Below, one piece after another: positions 47,000-58,340 of a DNA stretch of 64,000 nucleotides. Source of the DNA: Strigamia acuminata (taxonomy: Eukaryota); the NCBI GenBank assembly GCA_949358305.1, contig OX442314.1, forward strand, positions 18,538,001 to 18,602,000, read 5' to 3'. Numbering within the stretch: the stretch's first letter is position 1; each line of letters begins with the position of its first letter. A model generated the notes under the pieces. The model searched no databases. It was not told where the DNA came from and saw only the letters and a list, made by a program, of their open reading frames with translations. The position numbers and the translations under genes were made by a program.

Positions 47000-49876
47000 A
47001 TGAAGATCGCATACGTATTCTATTTGTATCAATTCATAATCAACACTAAGTGCGCAAGCATATTACCCTGTTCTACGATTTTCTGTGCAACCCGACAACC
47101 TGCGTGCATTTCACTAGACGAAACATGTTTATGCAGACAGCAAACACTACATTGTCCTACACTCAATCCAAACGCATTCTATTTCAACTACGACCAATTC
47201 GACAATACCGTTAGTTTATTTGGACAATACGGTTTCAACACAACAGTGGGCGATGCGTTGAAGTTATGGGCTCCTTATTTCGAATCAATAACGGCACCCA
47301 GTTTGCATCTTAACGAATTTTGTGACCGTGTAAGGCAACAAGCGCCAATTGGCTGTTTATCTACAAATCTTCAAGGTCAAGACGACTCGGTGGTTCTTGA
47401 TTTCAACAGCTTCCCGATTATACATTCTATAAAAAAACTGGAACTGAATTTCGATTGCCTTCGAGATATTACTGGTGATATTAGTTCGAAACTCCCCAAC
47501 TTGGAAGGCATTTCTCTAAATGGGAATTACTTCACTAAAATCCCCGATGCCATTACACACTTAAACAACTTGAAGGGATTGAAATTGTCATCGAATTACT
47601 TAAGTAATTTATCCAGAAAAATGTTCAATAACTTTACCCAAATGCAAGAACTTTCCCTGGCCGGAAATTGCATTATATTTATACAAAACGATACATTTTA
47701 CGACTTAAATCAACTGAAAATACTATCCATAAATTCTAATGGTTTGAGATCGTTACCATCGAATTTGTTGCATACAAATTTCGACTTGAAAGCGCTTGAC
47801 TTGTCGTCTAATCAATTGGAAGAAATACCCGAGAGCTTCCTTCAGAAAAATTATCTACTTGGATACTTAAATTTGAATTCCAACAAATTAAAATCGTTGA
47901 ATAGAGGATTATTCTCCGCCTTAACAAAACTGAAAACATTGAAATTGCAATCCAACCGACTGTCATCGTTATCTCCCTATTTATTCCAATTCACATCAGA
48001 ACTCGAATGGATACACCTAGACTCCAACAACTTCAAAAAGATACCGAGTATTAACTTACGAAAACACGCCGCCACGAGCATTTCCTTAACCAAAAACAAC
48101 ATAATGACATTGGAGTTACCCCTGACAAACCGAATACCTAACGCCAAACTCCTGGACTTGTCGTACAACTGCATTCACAAAATTATATACGAATACAACG
48201 TATCATACGAGGTTGGCCCGATTCCATTGACATTAATTGATAGTGGCGGCATTTCGGACTTGAAATGCAGAATATGTTGCCTTCAAGATGACGTCTTCCC
48301 AGGTATTTTTGCCGATGTACGGAACTCCATTGATCTATCTGACAACATGATAACTCAACTAAACGTGACACTAATGACTATCCACAAAAGCCCGTCACTT
48401 CTTCAGCTAGACCTTGGAAATAATTCGATCAGTAATATTGTGATTGACAAGATGTTAGCCAGAAAATTGGATGAAAATGATTTCAGCACTAAAATCGATT
48501 TGTGGTTAAATCCAATCAATTGCGACTGTAAGTTAATTCCATTATTTGAAATAGACGAAACTAAATACGAATACAAATATAACGTACATTTTGAGATGGA
48601 AATGTTGATGTGCAAACAACCAAACGAGTTAAAAGGAAAATCGCTCGACACTGATGTGGACTGGAGAAATCTGTCCTGCAAGTTAACACAAAATTGCCCT
48701 AGATCATGCACGTGCTTCGAGTTTACCTACAGAAACCAAATTGTAGTAAATTGCAGCCATGCTGAGTTAACACAATTTCCACTGTATTTTGACAACACAT
48801 CAAACACTTTAGTTTATGACTTGCAACATAATAACATAACTTCATTGCCTCCGAAGAATTCTTCAATTTGGTCAAAAATACAAGAACTAAACCTTAGTCA
48901 CAACAAAATCCAATCCATTGCGAATATTACCGTCACTCCCACATTAAGTCGCGTTGAATTGAACCACAATCGTCTGACTCGTTACGAACAGTCAATCGAA
49001 CATCTATTCACAATGGATAATATTTCCAGAACTGTCACGCTTTCCGGAAACCTTTGGCTGTGCAGTTGTGAGCTAACTCAAATGCGAAACATCATGATTA
49101 AAAGTCCAAGTCATTTGCTGGATCTGGATAAAATGAAATGTACATTTGAAGACTCCCTGTATGGTTTTAACGATCTCGATCAGTTTTGTCCACCAGATGT
49201 GTCGGAAGTAGACCTGGCATTGAGAGCGACATTGCCCGTCTGTGCTTTTATTATAATCTTAATAAGTGTTTTGAGTGTCATTTTTGTTCGCCGTAAATTG
49301 GAAATCCAATATTTCTTGTTTTCTAAAGGATGGTGTTTACGTTTTGTGAGTGAAGACGATGTTGATGCTGATAAACTCTTCGATGCTTTTGTTTCTTACA
49401 GCAGTGAAGACGGTGAATGGGTTAGAGACGTCCTTGTGCAGGAATTGGAACTAAAGTCTCCATCTTACAAACTGTGTATCCACGAACGAGACTGGCCGGG
49501 CGGCGAACTAATACCGGAGCAAATCGTACGCTCAGTAAGACATAGTCGACGCACAATCATCGTACTGACCGAGCACTTTCTCACGAGTGATTGGAGTTTG
49601 ATGGAGTTTTCCGTTGCTTATCAGCAAGCTGTTAAAGATGGAATAAGACGACTTATGGTTATCATCCCCTACAAAATGCCAATCTTAGAGAATGCGCCTG
49701 ATGAATTGCGTGCATTTCTTTCAACCACTACTTACATCGAAGCAAATAAACCGCACTTTTTAAGAATACTCAGACTTTCAATGCCAAGAATAAGAAAACC
49801 AAACAAAATATCACCACAATCAGCATCAATAATGTTGGAATCAGTGCAAACATCGCCACCAGAAGGAAATCAATAA
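47000..49876 (+). CDS. Toll-like receptor B2, intronless, 958 aa
   Basis: Close paralogue of 42665-45502 with LRR/TM/TIR. Confidence 0.95.
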   Translation: MKIAYVFYLYQFIINTKCASILPCSTIFCATRQPACISLDETCLCRQQTLHCPTLNPNAFYFNYDQFDNTVSLFGQYGFNTTVGDALKLWAPYFESITAPSLHLNEFCDRVRQQAPIGCLSTNLQGQDDSVVLDFNSFPIIHSIKKLELNFDCLRDITGDISSKLPNLEGISLNGNYFTKIPDAITHLNNLKGLKLSSNYLSNLSRKMFNNFTQMQELSLAGNCIIFIQNDTFYDLNQLKILSINSNGLRSLPSNLLHTNFDLKALDLSSNQLEEIPESFLQKNYLLGYLNLNSNKLKSLNRGLFSALTKLKTLKLQSNRLSSLSPYLFQFTSELEWIHLDSNNFKKIPSINLRKHAATSISLTKNNIMTLELPLTNRIPNAKLLDLSYNCIHKIIYEYNVSYEVGPIPLTLIDSGGISDLKCRICCLQDDVFPGIFADVRNSIDLSDNMITQLNVTLMTIHKSPSLLQLDLGNNSISNIVIDKMLARKLDENDFSTKIDLWLNPINCDCKLIPLFEIDETKYEYKYNVHFEMEMLMCKQPNELKGKSLDTDVDWRNLSCKLTQNCPRSCTCFEFTYRNQIVVNCSHAELTQFPLYFDNTSNTLVYDLQHNNITSLPPKNSSIWSKIQELNLSHNKIQSIANITVTPTLSRVELNHNRLTRYEQSIEHLFTMDNISRTVTLSGNLWLCSCELTQMRNIMIKSPSHLLDLDKMKCTFEDSLYGFNDLDQFCPPDVSEVDLALRATLPVCAFIIILISVLSVIFVRRKLEIQYFLFSKGWCLRFVSEDDVDADKLFDAFVSYSSEDGEWVRDVLVQELELKSPSYKLCIHERDWPGGELIPEQIVRSVRHSRRTIIVLTEHFLTSDWSLMEFSVAYQQAVKDGIRRLMVIIPYKMPILENAPDELRAFLSTTTYIEANKPHFLRILRLSMPRIRKPNKISPQSASIMLESVQTSPPEGNQ

Positions 49877-50369
49877 CGTCAATCACAACAAAAGTACTAA
49901 TTCAAAGTTCAAAATTTCCCCTTAACTTCGTCCCAAAAACCACAATAATAAATCAACAAGAATTAAATTTCTCAATTTGAAACAACAATCCGCATGTTAT
50001 GACACAATGTGATGATACAGTTGCGCGTCTTCGTTTGTGTACAACCACCTAAAGTTATTAGCCTCAATGAGCACAAAAATAATTAAGCATTTCATCCTGT
50101 AACTAACAAACAAACTGTTAGTAGTTTTATTATGAAAACGTGTGTAATTCTCGAGCGTGCTTTTGTATTGTTGGACGATACGAACATTTGTAAACACATT
50201 TCGCTTCATGTTCAAACTTCCATCTTGTGTCGTCTATTTATTCAGTCTTACACAAACTCCCAAGATATTTTTTTTTCATACATTTGCCAAACCTAATATT
50301 TTGATTTTAGTTTCCGTCACAATGGTGGTAGTGGTGATGTCCTCGAAGACGTAGTTCTACGTAAAATAA

Positions 50370-50480
50370 TCTCATCTCATAAGAAAATTTAGACGCTCAA
50401 TGCCAAAATTAACAACTGAATAAATATATTTTATCACATTGTATCAAAATTATTATTATTATGCAATGTTTCACATACTT
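50370..50480 (+). pseudogene. Tiny remnant of the 3' end of a third TLR-A-type gene
   Basis: Encodes HLIRKFRRSMPKLTTE* (TLR-A: HFIRKLRCSMPRIRTE*), followed by a TLR-A-like 3' flank. Confidence 0.7.
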
Positions 50481-50840
50481 CTGTACCTTACTACACTTAC
50501 ATCATTTGTAATAAAATTTCCCACACTTAGCGAAAGATATCACTCATGATTGCAAGAAAAAAGTGACCATGAACAAAAAAAATTTGATGAAATTAATAAC
50601 ATTCTATTGTCCAAAGATAAAAATTTTCAGAAAAGAATAAATTTACCATTAATTATACAATTTCCGCAACAACAAAAAATTTCTCAGAAATATTTCTTTT
50701 GTCGTTGCTTGTGCGAATTAGCCGTAAAAAACGCAGAAACCGTAAACCACTTTGTATCGCCAGATTTCTACAAGCTGCAAGATGTATACACTCCAATTTT
50801 AAGACTCCCTTGAGGTAATTTATCCTGAATATTGGCAAAA

Positions 50841-53711
50841 ATGAAGATCGCATATTTTTTTTATCTTTATCAATTCATAATCAACACCATGTGCAAAAGT
50901 GAACTCTGTTCCACAATTTTCTGTGCAACCCGACAACCTGCGTGCATTTCATTAGACGAAACATGTTCCTGCAAGCACCAAAAACTGCACTGTCCTAATC
51001 TCAATTCAAACGCATTCGGTTTTGATTACGACAAATTCGATAACACGTTTGGTTTATTTGGACAACTTGGTTTCAACACAACAGTGAGCGATGCATTAAA
51101 GTTATGGACTCCTTATTTCGCTTCAATAACAGTTCCGTATTTGAATTTAAACAATTTTTGTGACCGTGTAAAGCAACCAGCGCCTCTTGGATGTACATCT
51201 ACAAATCTTCAAGGTCAAGACGACTCGCTAATTCTTGATTTCAATTCTTTCCCAATCATACATTCTATAAAAACATTGCAACTGGGTTTCGATTGCCTTC
51301 GAGATGTTACTGGTGATATTAGTTCGAAACTCCCGAACTTGGAAGTCATTTCTCTACTAGGAAATCACTTCACTAAAATTCCCGACGCCATTAAAAACTT
51401 AAACAGCTTGAAGGAATTGATATTGTCAACTAATTTCTTAAGTAAATTATCCAGAAATATGTTCAGTAACCTAACCCATCTGCAACAACTTTTCCTGAAC
51501 GAAAACTGCATTGAATCGTTACCAAACGATACATTTCACGACTTATTTCAACTGAGACTGCTGTCCATGAATTCTAATGGTTTGAAATCGTTACCATCGA
51601 ATTTGCTGCATCGAAATTTCGACCTAACAACGCTTGACTTGTCAATGAATGAATTGGAAGAAATGCCCGTCAACTTCCTTCAGAAAAATGACAAACTTGT
51701 ACACTTGACGTTGCATTCCAACAAAATAAAATCGTTAAACACCAGTGTATTTTCCGCATTAAGAAAACTAAAAAACTTAAACTTGGAACACAATCGATTA
51801 GCATCGTTATCTCCTTATTTATTCCAATTCACATCAGATCTCGAATCGGTGAACTTGAACTTCAACAACTTCACACGGATTCCGACTATATTCTTACGAA
51901 AACACGACGCTGCGAGCATCTACTTAACCAGAAACAACATAACAACATTGGATTTGCCCCTAACGAGCCGAATACCCAACGCCAAATTCCTAGACCTGTC
52001 GTATAACTGCATTCACAAAATTGAACTTAACGACTATGAGGTTAGCCCGATTCCACAAACATTAATTGATGGTGGTGGCATTGTGGACTTGAGATGTAGA
52101 ACATGTTGCCTTAAAGATGACATTTTTCCAGACATTTTGACCGGCATGCGGAAACGAATAGATATATCTTACAACATGATAACACAATTGAACGTGACAC
52201 TTGTGAATTTACACAAAAGCTCGTCACTTTTAAACCTAGACATTGGAAATAATTCGATCAGTAATATCCTGATTGACAAGACAGCTGAAAAATTGAATGA
52301 AGATGATCGCAGGCTTGCAATCGATTTGTGGTTAAATCCAATCAATTGCGATTGCAAGTCAATTCCATTATTTGAAGTACTCTATTTGAAAAAATTCGAT
52401 TATCCCGTAAAATTCGATTCAGAATTTATGTGGTGTAACCAACCAAACGAGTTACGAGGAAAATTGCTCGAAACTGTGGACTGGAGAAATCTGTACTGCA
52501 AGTTTACACAAAATTGCCCTAAATCATGCAGGTGTGTCAATTTTACCTACAAAAACCGAATTGTAGTGAATTGCAGCCACGCTGAGCTAACACAATTTCC
52601 ACTGTATTTTGACAACACATCAAACACTATAGTTTTTGACTTGCAACATAATAACATAACTTCATTGCCTCCGAAAAATTCTTCAATTTGGTCAAAAATA
52701 CAAGAACTAAACCTTAGTCACAACAAAATCCAAACCATTGCGAATATTACCGTCACTCCCACATTAAGTCGAATTGAATTGAACAACAATCATCTGACTC
52801 GTTACGAACAGTCAATCAGACATCTATTCACAATGGATAATATTTCCAGAACTGTCACTCTTTCCGGAAACCTTTGGCTGTGCAGTTGTGAGCTAACTCA
52901 AATGCGAAACATCATGATTAAAAGTCCAAGTCGTTTGTTGGATCTGGATAAAATGAAATGTACATTTGAAGACTCCCTATATGGTTTTAACGATCTCGAT
53001 CAGTTTTGTCCACCAGACTTGTCGGAAGTAGACCTGGCATTGAGAGCGATATTGCCCGTCTGTGCTTTTATTATAATCTTAATAAGTGTTTTGAGTGTCA
53101 TTTTTGTTCGCCGTAAATTGGAAATCCAATATTTCTTGTTTTCTAAAGGATGGTGTTTACGTTTTGTGAGTGAAGACGATGTTGATGCTGATAAACTCTT
53201 CGATGCTTTTGTTTCTTACAGCAGTGAAGACGGTGAATGGGTTAGAGACGTCCTTGTGCAGGAATTGGAACTAAAGTCTCCATCTTACAAGCTGTGTATC
53301 CACGAACGAGACTGGCCGGGCGGCGAACTAATACCGGAGCAAATCGTACGCTCAGTAAGACATAGCCGACGCACAATCATCGTACTGACCGAGCACTTTC
53401 TCACGAGTGATTGGAGTTTGATGGAGTTTTCCGTGGCTTATCAGCAAGCTGTTAAAGATGGAATAAGACGACTTATGGTTATCATCCCCTACAAAATGCC
53501 AATCTTAGAGAATGCGCCTGATGAATTGCGTGCATTTCTTTCAACCACTACTTACATCGAAGCAAATAAACCGCACTTTTTAAAAATACTCAGACGTTCA
53601 ATGCCAAGAATCCGAACAAAAAACGACACATCACCATCACCATCAGCATCAATATTATTGGAATCGGTGCAATCTTCGCCACCAGAGGGCAGTTTTTCTA
53701 ATTATTGTTAA
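50841..53711 (+). CDS. Toll-like receptor B3, intronless, ~956 aa (true ATG probably 50841)
   Basis: MKIAYFFYLYQF start aligns with B1/B2; LRR/TM/TIR. Confidence 0.95.
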   Translation: MKIAYFFYLYQFIINTMCKSELCSTIFCATRQPACISLDETCSCKHQKLHCPNLNSNAFGFDYDKFDNTFGLFGQLGFNTTVSDALKLWTPYFASITVPYLNLNNFCDRVKQPAPLGCTSTNLQGQDDSLILDFNSFPIIHSIKTLQLGFDCLRDVTGDISSKLPNLEVISLLGNHFTKIPDAIKNLNSLKELILSTNFLSKLSRNMFSNLTHLQQLFLNENCIESLPNDTFHDLFQLRLLSMNSNGLKSLPSNLLHRNFDLTTLDLSMNELEEMPVNFLQKNDKLVHLTLHSNKIKSLNTSVFSALRKLKNLNLEHNRLASLSPYLFQFTSDLESVNLNFNNFTRIPTIFLRKHDAASIYLTRNNITTLDLPLTSRIPNAKFLDLSYNCIHKIELNDYEVSPIPQTLIDGGGIVDLRCRTCCLKDDIFPDILTGMRKRIDISYNMITQLNVTLVNLHKSSSLLNLDIGNNSISNILIDKTAEKLNEDDRRLAIDLWLNPINCDCKSIPLFEVLYLKKFDYPVKFDSEFMWCNQPNELRGKLLETVDWRNLYCKFTQNCPKSCRCVNFTYKNRIVVNCSHAELTQFPLYFDNTSNTIVFDLQHNNITSLPPKNSSIWSKIQELNLSHNKIQTIANITVTPTLSRIELNNNHLTRYEQSIRHLFTMDNISRTVTLSGNLWLCSCELTQMRNIMIKSPSRLLDLDKMKCTFEDSLYGFNDLDQFCPPDLSEVDLALRAILPVCAFIIILISVLSVIFVRRKLEIQYFLFSKGWCLRFVSEDDVDADKLFDAFVSYSSEDGEWVRDVLVQELELKSPSYKLCIHERDWPGGELIPEQIVRSVRHSRRTIIVLTEHFLTSDWSLMEFSVAYQQAVKDGIRRLMVIIPYKMPILENAPDELRAFLSTTTYIEANKPHFLKILRRSMPRIRTKNDTSPSPSASILLESVQSSPPEGSFSNYC

Positions 53712-54058
53712 TGGGACTAAATTCTAAGTCAATTATGTTAATCACTAAAGTAATTCAAAATTTAAAATTCCCCATTAACTTTGGCCTACATCAATAATAA
53801 ATCAACAAGAAAAAACAGTTAAACATAAAATTTTAAAAAAAATTACGGAGTACTCAATTTTTATTACATTTATGTCCCACACAACAAAAATAATTTTTTC
53901 TTTGCACCAGAAGACAGCATTGTGTCGCAAATAAAAATGCATTTTGGGTAAAATTCAACGTATTAAAGTAAACGCAAGCCAAACCTCTTGTAAAATATTC
54001 TCAAAATTTATACAATAAACATTTGTTCATTAATACCGCAACAACAAAATTAAAAAGT

Positions 54059-56120
54059 ATGAAATTCATCCAATTGATCAGAGAACCGGGTGAGACTCCA
54101 TACGACACAATAGTGCGTTTAGGTTGTGGGCCTAACTTTGTACTTAACCAACTGGACACATTTGAATCGATGATCAAACAACAAGTATTAAAATAAAGCA
54201 ACAACTAACCTTAAACAATGTCTTCTAACTAAAACCACTTCATTTTGCAGGGTTTGACATTTTGGTTCCGGTTTTGGTTAACCTTTTGTTTCGATCCAGG
54301 TTGTGAAAACCTAAAAATGGTAAGAAAAATTGCAATTTAGTGACTGCAAGTCTTAAAGAGTCGAAACGTCACTGTTCATTTGGTAAATAAGTCATTTCAT
54401 GTTATTTAACACGTGTAGATTCAAGAAAAATGGTCCCATGTGACAACAAATGTTAAAATTGAAATCCACAAAGAATTTTTACAAGGTCTTTACAAACTTT
54501 TATAAAATATTTATACATTACTGTATTAATTTTCTATTTAATAGGTTCAGTAGACGATGCAATAAAGTATAGTTTGGACACAGCCATCATGTGTCTTAGA
54601 AATAAAAGTATACACATCATATATTTTATGAATACGAGATCTTTTCTAAAATCACGCATTATGTTTTCCTCAGAAAAAAATATAGTTTCACAAACAAATG
54701 CGATGAAGCATTTGTTTTCCGATGTAGTAAGTACAGTAAGTTGTGTGCTCTGGACATAAACCCCAAAGCCCAGCTGAGTCTGGTCGAGCGAGCACAAACT
54801 GTTGTAAAGATTCATTGGGTTTGGGTTGGGCCTGAGCTGTTCCGTCTGAATTAGAAGCCGTCAGGATAACATGTCCAGACCACTCAGCTTACAATAGCTG
54901 CATTAAAAAATAAAAATACAATTTTAGTTTAAGTAGTGTATTTTAAGTTTAAATTTTGATATATTATATACAATATAATTATAAATAAATAATTAATATA
55001 ATTTGATTTAATTTAATAAATAAGACAGGAAATGATGTCATTTTTGTTTTAAAATTGAAGTAAAACACAAAATATTTTAATTTTTGAACCTGATGCGTAG
55101 TTTCAAATTTAGCATCAAGATACCAGGCGTGAACTGTAGTGTGCTTAATGACAAATCCACCATTGGTTATGCCTATATTTTTTTTAATCCACCATTGTTT
55201 TATTATTTTAGTTACACGAATGTATGATAATGGCGTTCGGAGCCTCGCTTTGTGAAGTTTTCTACAAATGGCTCTCAGCTCCGCAAATGGATGAAACGTG
55301 TGATAATTATTGGAAAGTTCCAGAGAACTACTTGGATTCAACTTTTGAACCTAAGGAATTAGAGATGTATTTAGTTGAATACTGGGAAGATAATTTAGTT
55401 ACGCTTTTCGGAGTACGGTTAAGAAATGTGCCATGGGTGTTACGACTGATATACAAGAATAAAGAGAGCAATATTGAGACTGAAAATGAAGATGTTGTGA
55501 ACCTAGACGAATACGTTTATTTAACACCATACCTCAAGCTCATAACTCAGATCACAAAATCGATGAAAAATAACTCCGACGAACGGCGATTAGAGATAAA
55601 TAAAGCGGATGAATTACCAAACATGGGCAAAATTTGGAGCGACGGTAAACTATCGAGCGAAATGGAACAAGTTTATTTAAAAACAACTAATGTCATATCC
55701 ACGCGGTTTCGAAAACTCTACAATCGAAAGAAAAATAGTAAAAGCAATGTTGACGAGATCGAACAAAAACAAACGACTAGTCCGATAAATGAAGCGCTGG
55801 TGTGTGGCTTATGTTTAGGCGAGTTAGATGTTTTGACAAACGATATGAGAAAGTGCAAACGGTCAGTTTTCTTATTGCCAAATGCAAAATTTATATTAAA
55901 ACAATTCTTTTTAGATGCGTGGATGAACATTGGGTACATCCACGATATTACTGTTCGGATACCTGCCAGAGTAAGTACTACAGTAAAAGTTTGTGGATTT
56001 CAGAAATGTGGCCTGTCGTCCCAACTCCTAACTCAATACTGAATTTAATTTGTTCTAGTGGAAGACTGGTTTCTGCACCACCAAAAAGAGCATGCTACCT
56101 GCATGCAGAAGAAGCTTTAA
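54059..56120 (+). CDS. Family member 6: gene with MYND-like finger (exons 6 and 7 read through)
   Basis: MKFIQL..GCGPNFVLNQ..MIKQQ|GLTFWFRFWLTFCFDPGC|IQEKWS..|GSVDDAIKYSL..|..|LHECMIMAFGASLCEVFYKWL..CGLC..RKCKR|CVDEHWVHPRYYCSDTCQ|MEDWFLHHQKEH. Confidence 0.85.
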
Positions 56121-56578
56121 GAAAATATCGTGACCAATTTTTTTAATTTAAAAATGGTATACTTAAAAGTTTATACGTCTATGTGGCAACGCCATAAAAA
56201 AGTAATTGCATTGAAAGTTGAGCCCTTAATCCAATAACCAAAATATATTTTTAAGTGTATTAAAATTGTTTTTCGTATTTTAAAAGAACATTTAATTATT
56301 CATAATAGCACATCAAATCACTTGACAGACATATTCAGCAATTTTAGCTTCAATTCAAACAAGAAATTATTGCTGTATTACAGCTACAACATTAAAATAC
56401 ACGATTACAAGCAAGACTTGACCTCCACCCACCTCCACAAGACATAACAAAAACTCAATATTCTACATAGAGACGCAATCAAACGCTTTTAACCAAACAA
56501 TGTTGTTTGCAATTGTTACACACATTACCCTATTTTTTATTTTACTTAAAAATTTCCAAGTTAAAGTAGAAATTCAAA

Positions 56579-58126
56579 ATGAAGTTTATAGATATATCAA
56601 ACGATTGCGACCATTGCTCATGGGATATAATAGAAAAACATGGATGCGGGCCGAATTTTTTACTGAATAGGCAAGAAGAATTTGAATCAATGATAAAGGA
56701 CCAAGTACTATTACATATCAAGTTTGATATAAAATTTTCTAATGATCATACAATTTTCCATTTTTAGGGTTTTGTATTTTGGTTTAGATTTTGGTTAACT
56801 TTTTCTTTTGAGCCTGGTTGTTGTGAACTGAAAGAAGTATGACTAAACTTATAAAATAACAACTCTATAGAATAAAATCATAACAAATTAGATACAAAAC
56901 GAATGGTTTGAAGCTAAACACGCGGCCAATATATTTATTCATCAACAATTCTTACAAGGTGAATACTCGACGCATTTGCGATCTAAGTCTTACATTAATA
57001 TCACACATTTAAGGTTCGGCACAAGATGCTATAACATATTGCCTAGGCAAAGTAATCCAAAGATTAAAAGTTTGCAGTTAAGTATTATCCTTTTCTGTAT
57101 TAATTAATTCTACAAATTTTTAATTTCTTTTCAAGAAAAAACCCGTGTTGGTAACTGGCGGACCCGCCAACAAATGTATTCAGACTTGGTAGGTAAGTAA
57201 AAGCACGTATTTAATTGCAATTTTTAATTGACATCCAAGCTATAGTTGCAGGAATGTACCGAAATTGCATTTGGAACTGCTCTTTGTGCAGTTTTCTACA
57301 AGTGGTTAACCACAAATAAGAAACAAGAGAAGCAAAAATATTGGAAAATTCCTAGCACTTACTCAGACCCCCAATTTGAGCCAGGTGCACTGGAGGATTA
57401 TTTAATGAACTATTGGGAAGACAATTTGATGGTGCTTCTTGGTGTTCAATTGCGCCAAGTTCCGTGGGTGTTGAAGCAATTCTACACATCCACGCCCACG
57501 AAACATGTTGATAAACCCATTACAAATTTGTTTCCAATGTCGGAAAAAATCGTACCAATTTTAAAAAGTTTCAGAAACTTAAAGAGAATAGGAATTGAAA
57601 TTGTTGATGATTTACCGAAAGTAAAAGAAACCTAAACTAATACAATTTATCTTTAAAAATGTAGAATTTGTACTCCTTTTATAGTTTGGTGACCCCAGAG
57701 TGAATTATACCTCGCGTGAATTGAATTCAAAACCGCTTGAGATGGAAAACGATAACATACAAGATTATGTATTTAATATTATGTATTTCAACCATCATCA
57801 ATGTTCCCATTGTTTGAGTTTAGAATGCATCACCAAGAAGTTTCGTATTTGTAAAGCGTGAGTGTTATTAGTGTATTACCTCGTCGTCTAATTCTGATGT
57901 GGCGAATTTGAAATTCGAATTACAGATGTCAGGAAGAATGCGTTGTTTATCCACGATATTATTGCAGCGATTTATGTCAAAGTAAGTTCTGAAACAAATA
58001 GAATGTTTAAAAAAAATATTTAAACATGTCTTTCAATTTGCTTTAGTGGAAGATTGGTTTCAACTACATTGTGCAGAGCATGACAAGAAGATACTTAATA
58101 TTGACAGCCTTGGGTTTAAGAAATAA
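56579..58126 (+). CDS. Family member 7: 9-exon gene with MYND-like finger
   Basis: MKFIDI..GCGPNFLLNR|GFVFWFRFWLTF..|IQNEWF..|GSAQDAITYCL..|..|LQECTEIAFGTALCAVFYKWL..|..QCSHC..RICKA|CQEECVVYPRYYCSDLCQ|MEDWFQLHCAEH. Confidence 0.85.
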
Positions 58127-58340
58127 AAATATTCTTTTGTTATTATTTTACCACTTATTAAAATATTCAAATAAAATGTAAAGCTTTAATAAACGCCAAA
58201 TAAAAAATTGGACAATTTTTTTAAAAGCAGAAAAATGAAGATTCTATCCCTTGCCTACAGATGGAGCTAAATGTTACACATTCCCAATCCTTCATCTTTG
58301 ATAAAAATTATTTAGAGTCGTCGCATTCCGCTGTTTCACA

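Noticed and set aside
50832..50840. ORF-track start (TTG) for TLR-B3
   Set aside because: Non-AUG start; the paralogues begin at the MKIAY ATG (50841).
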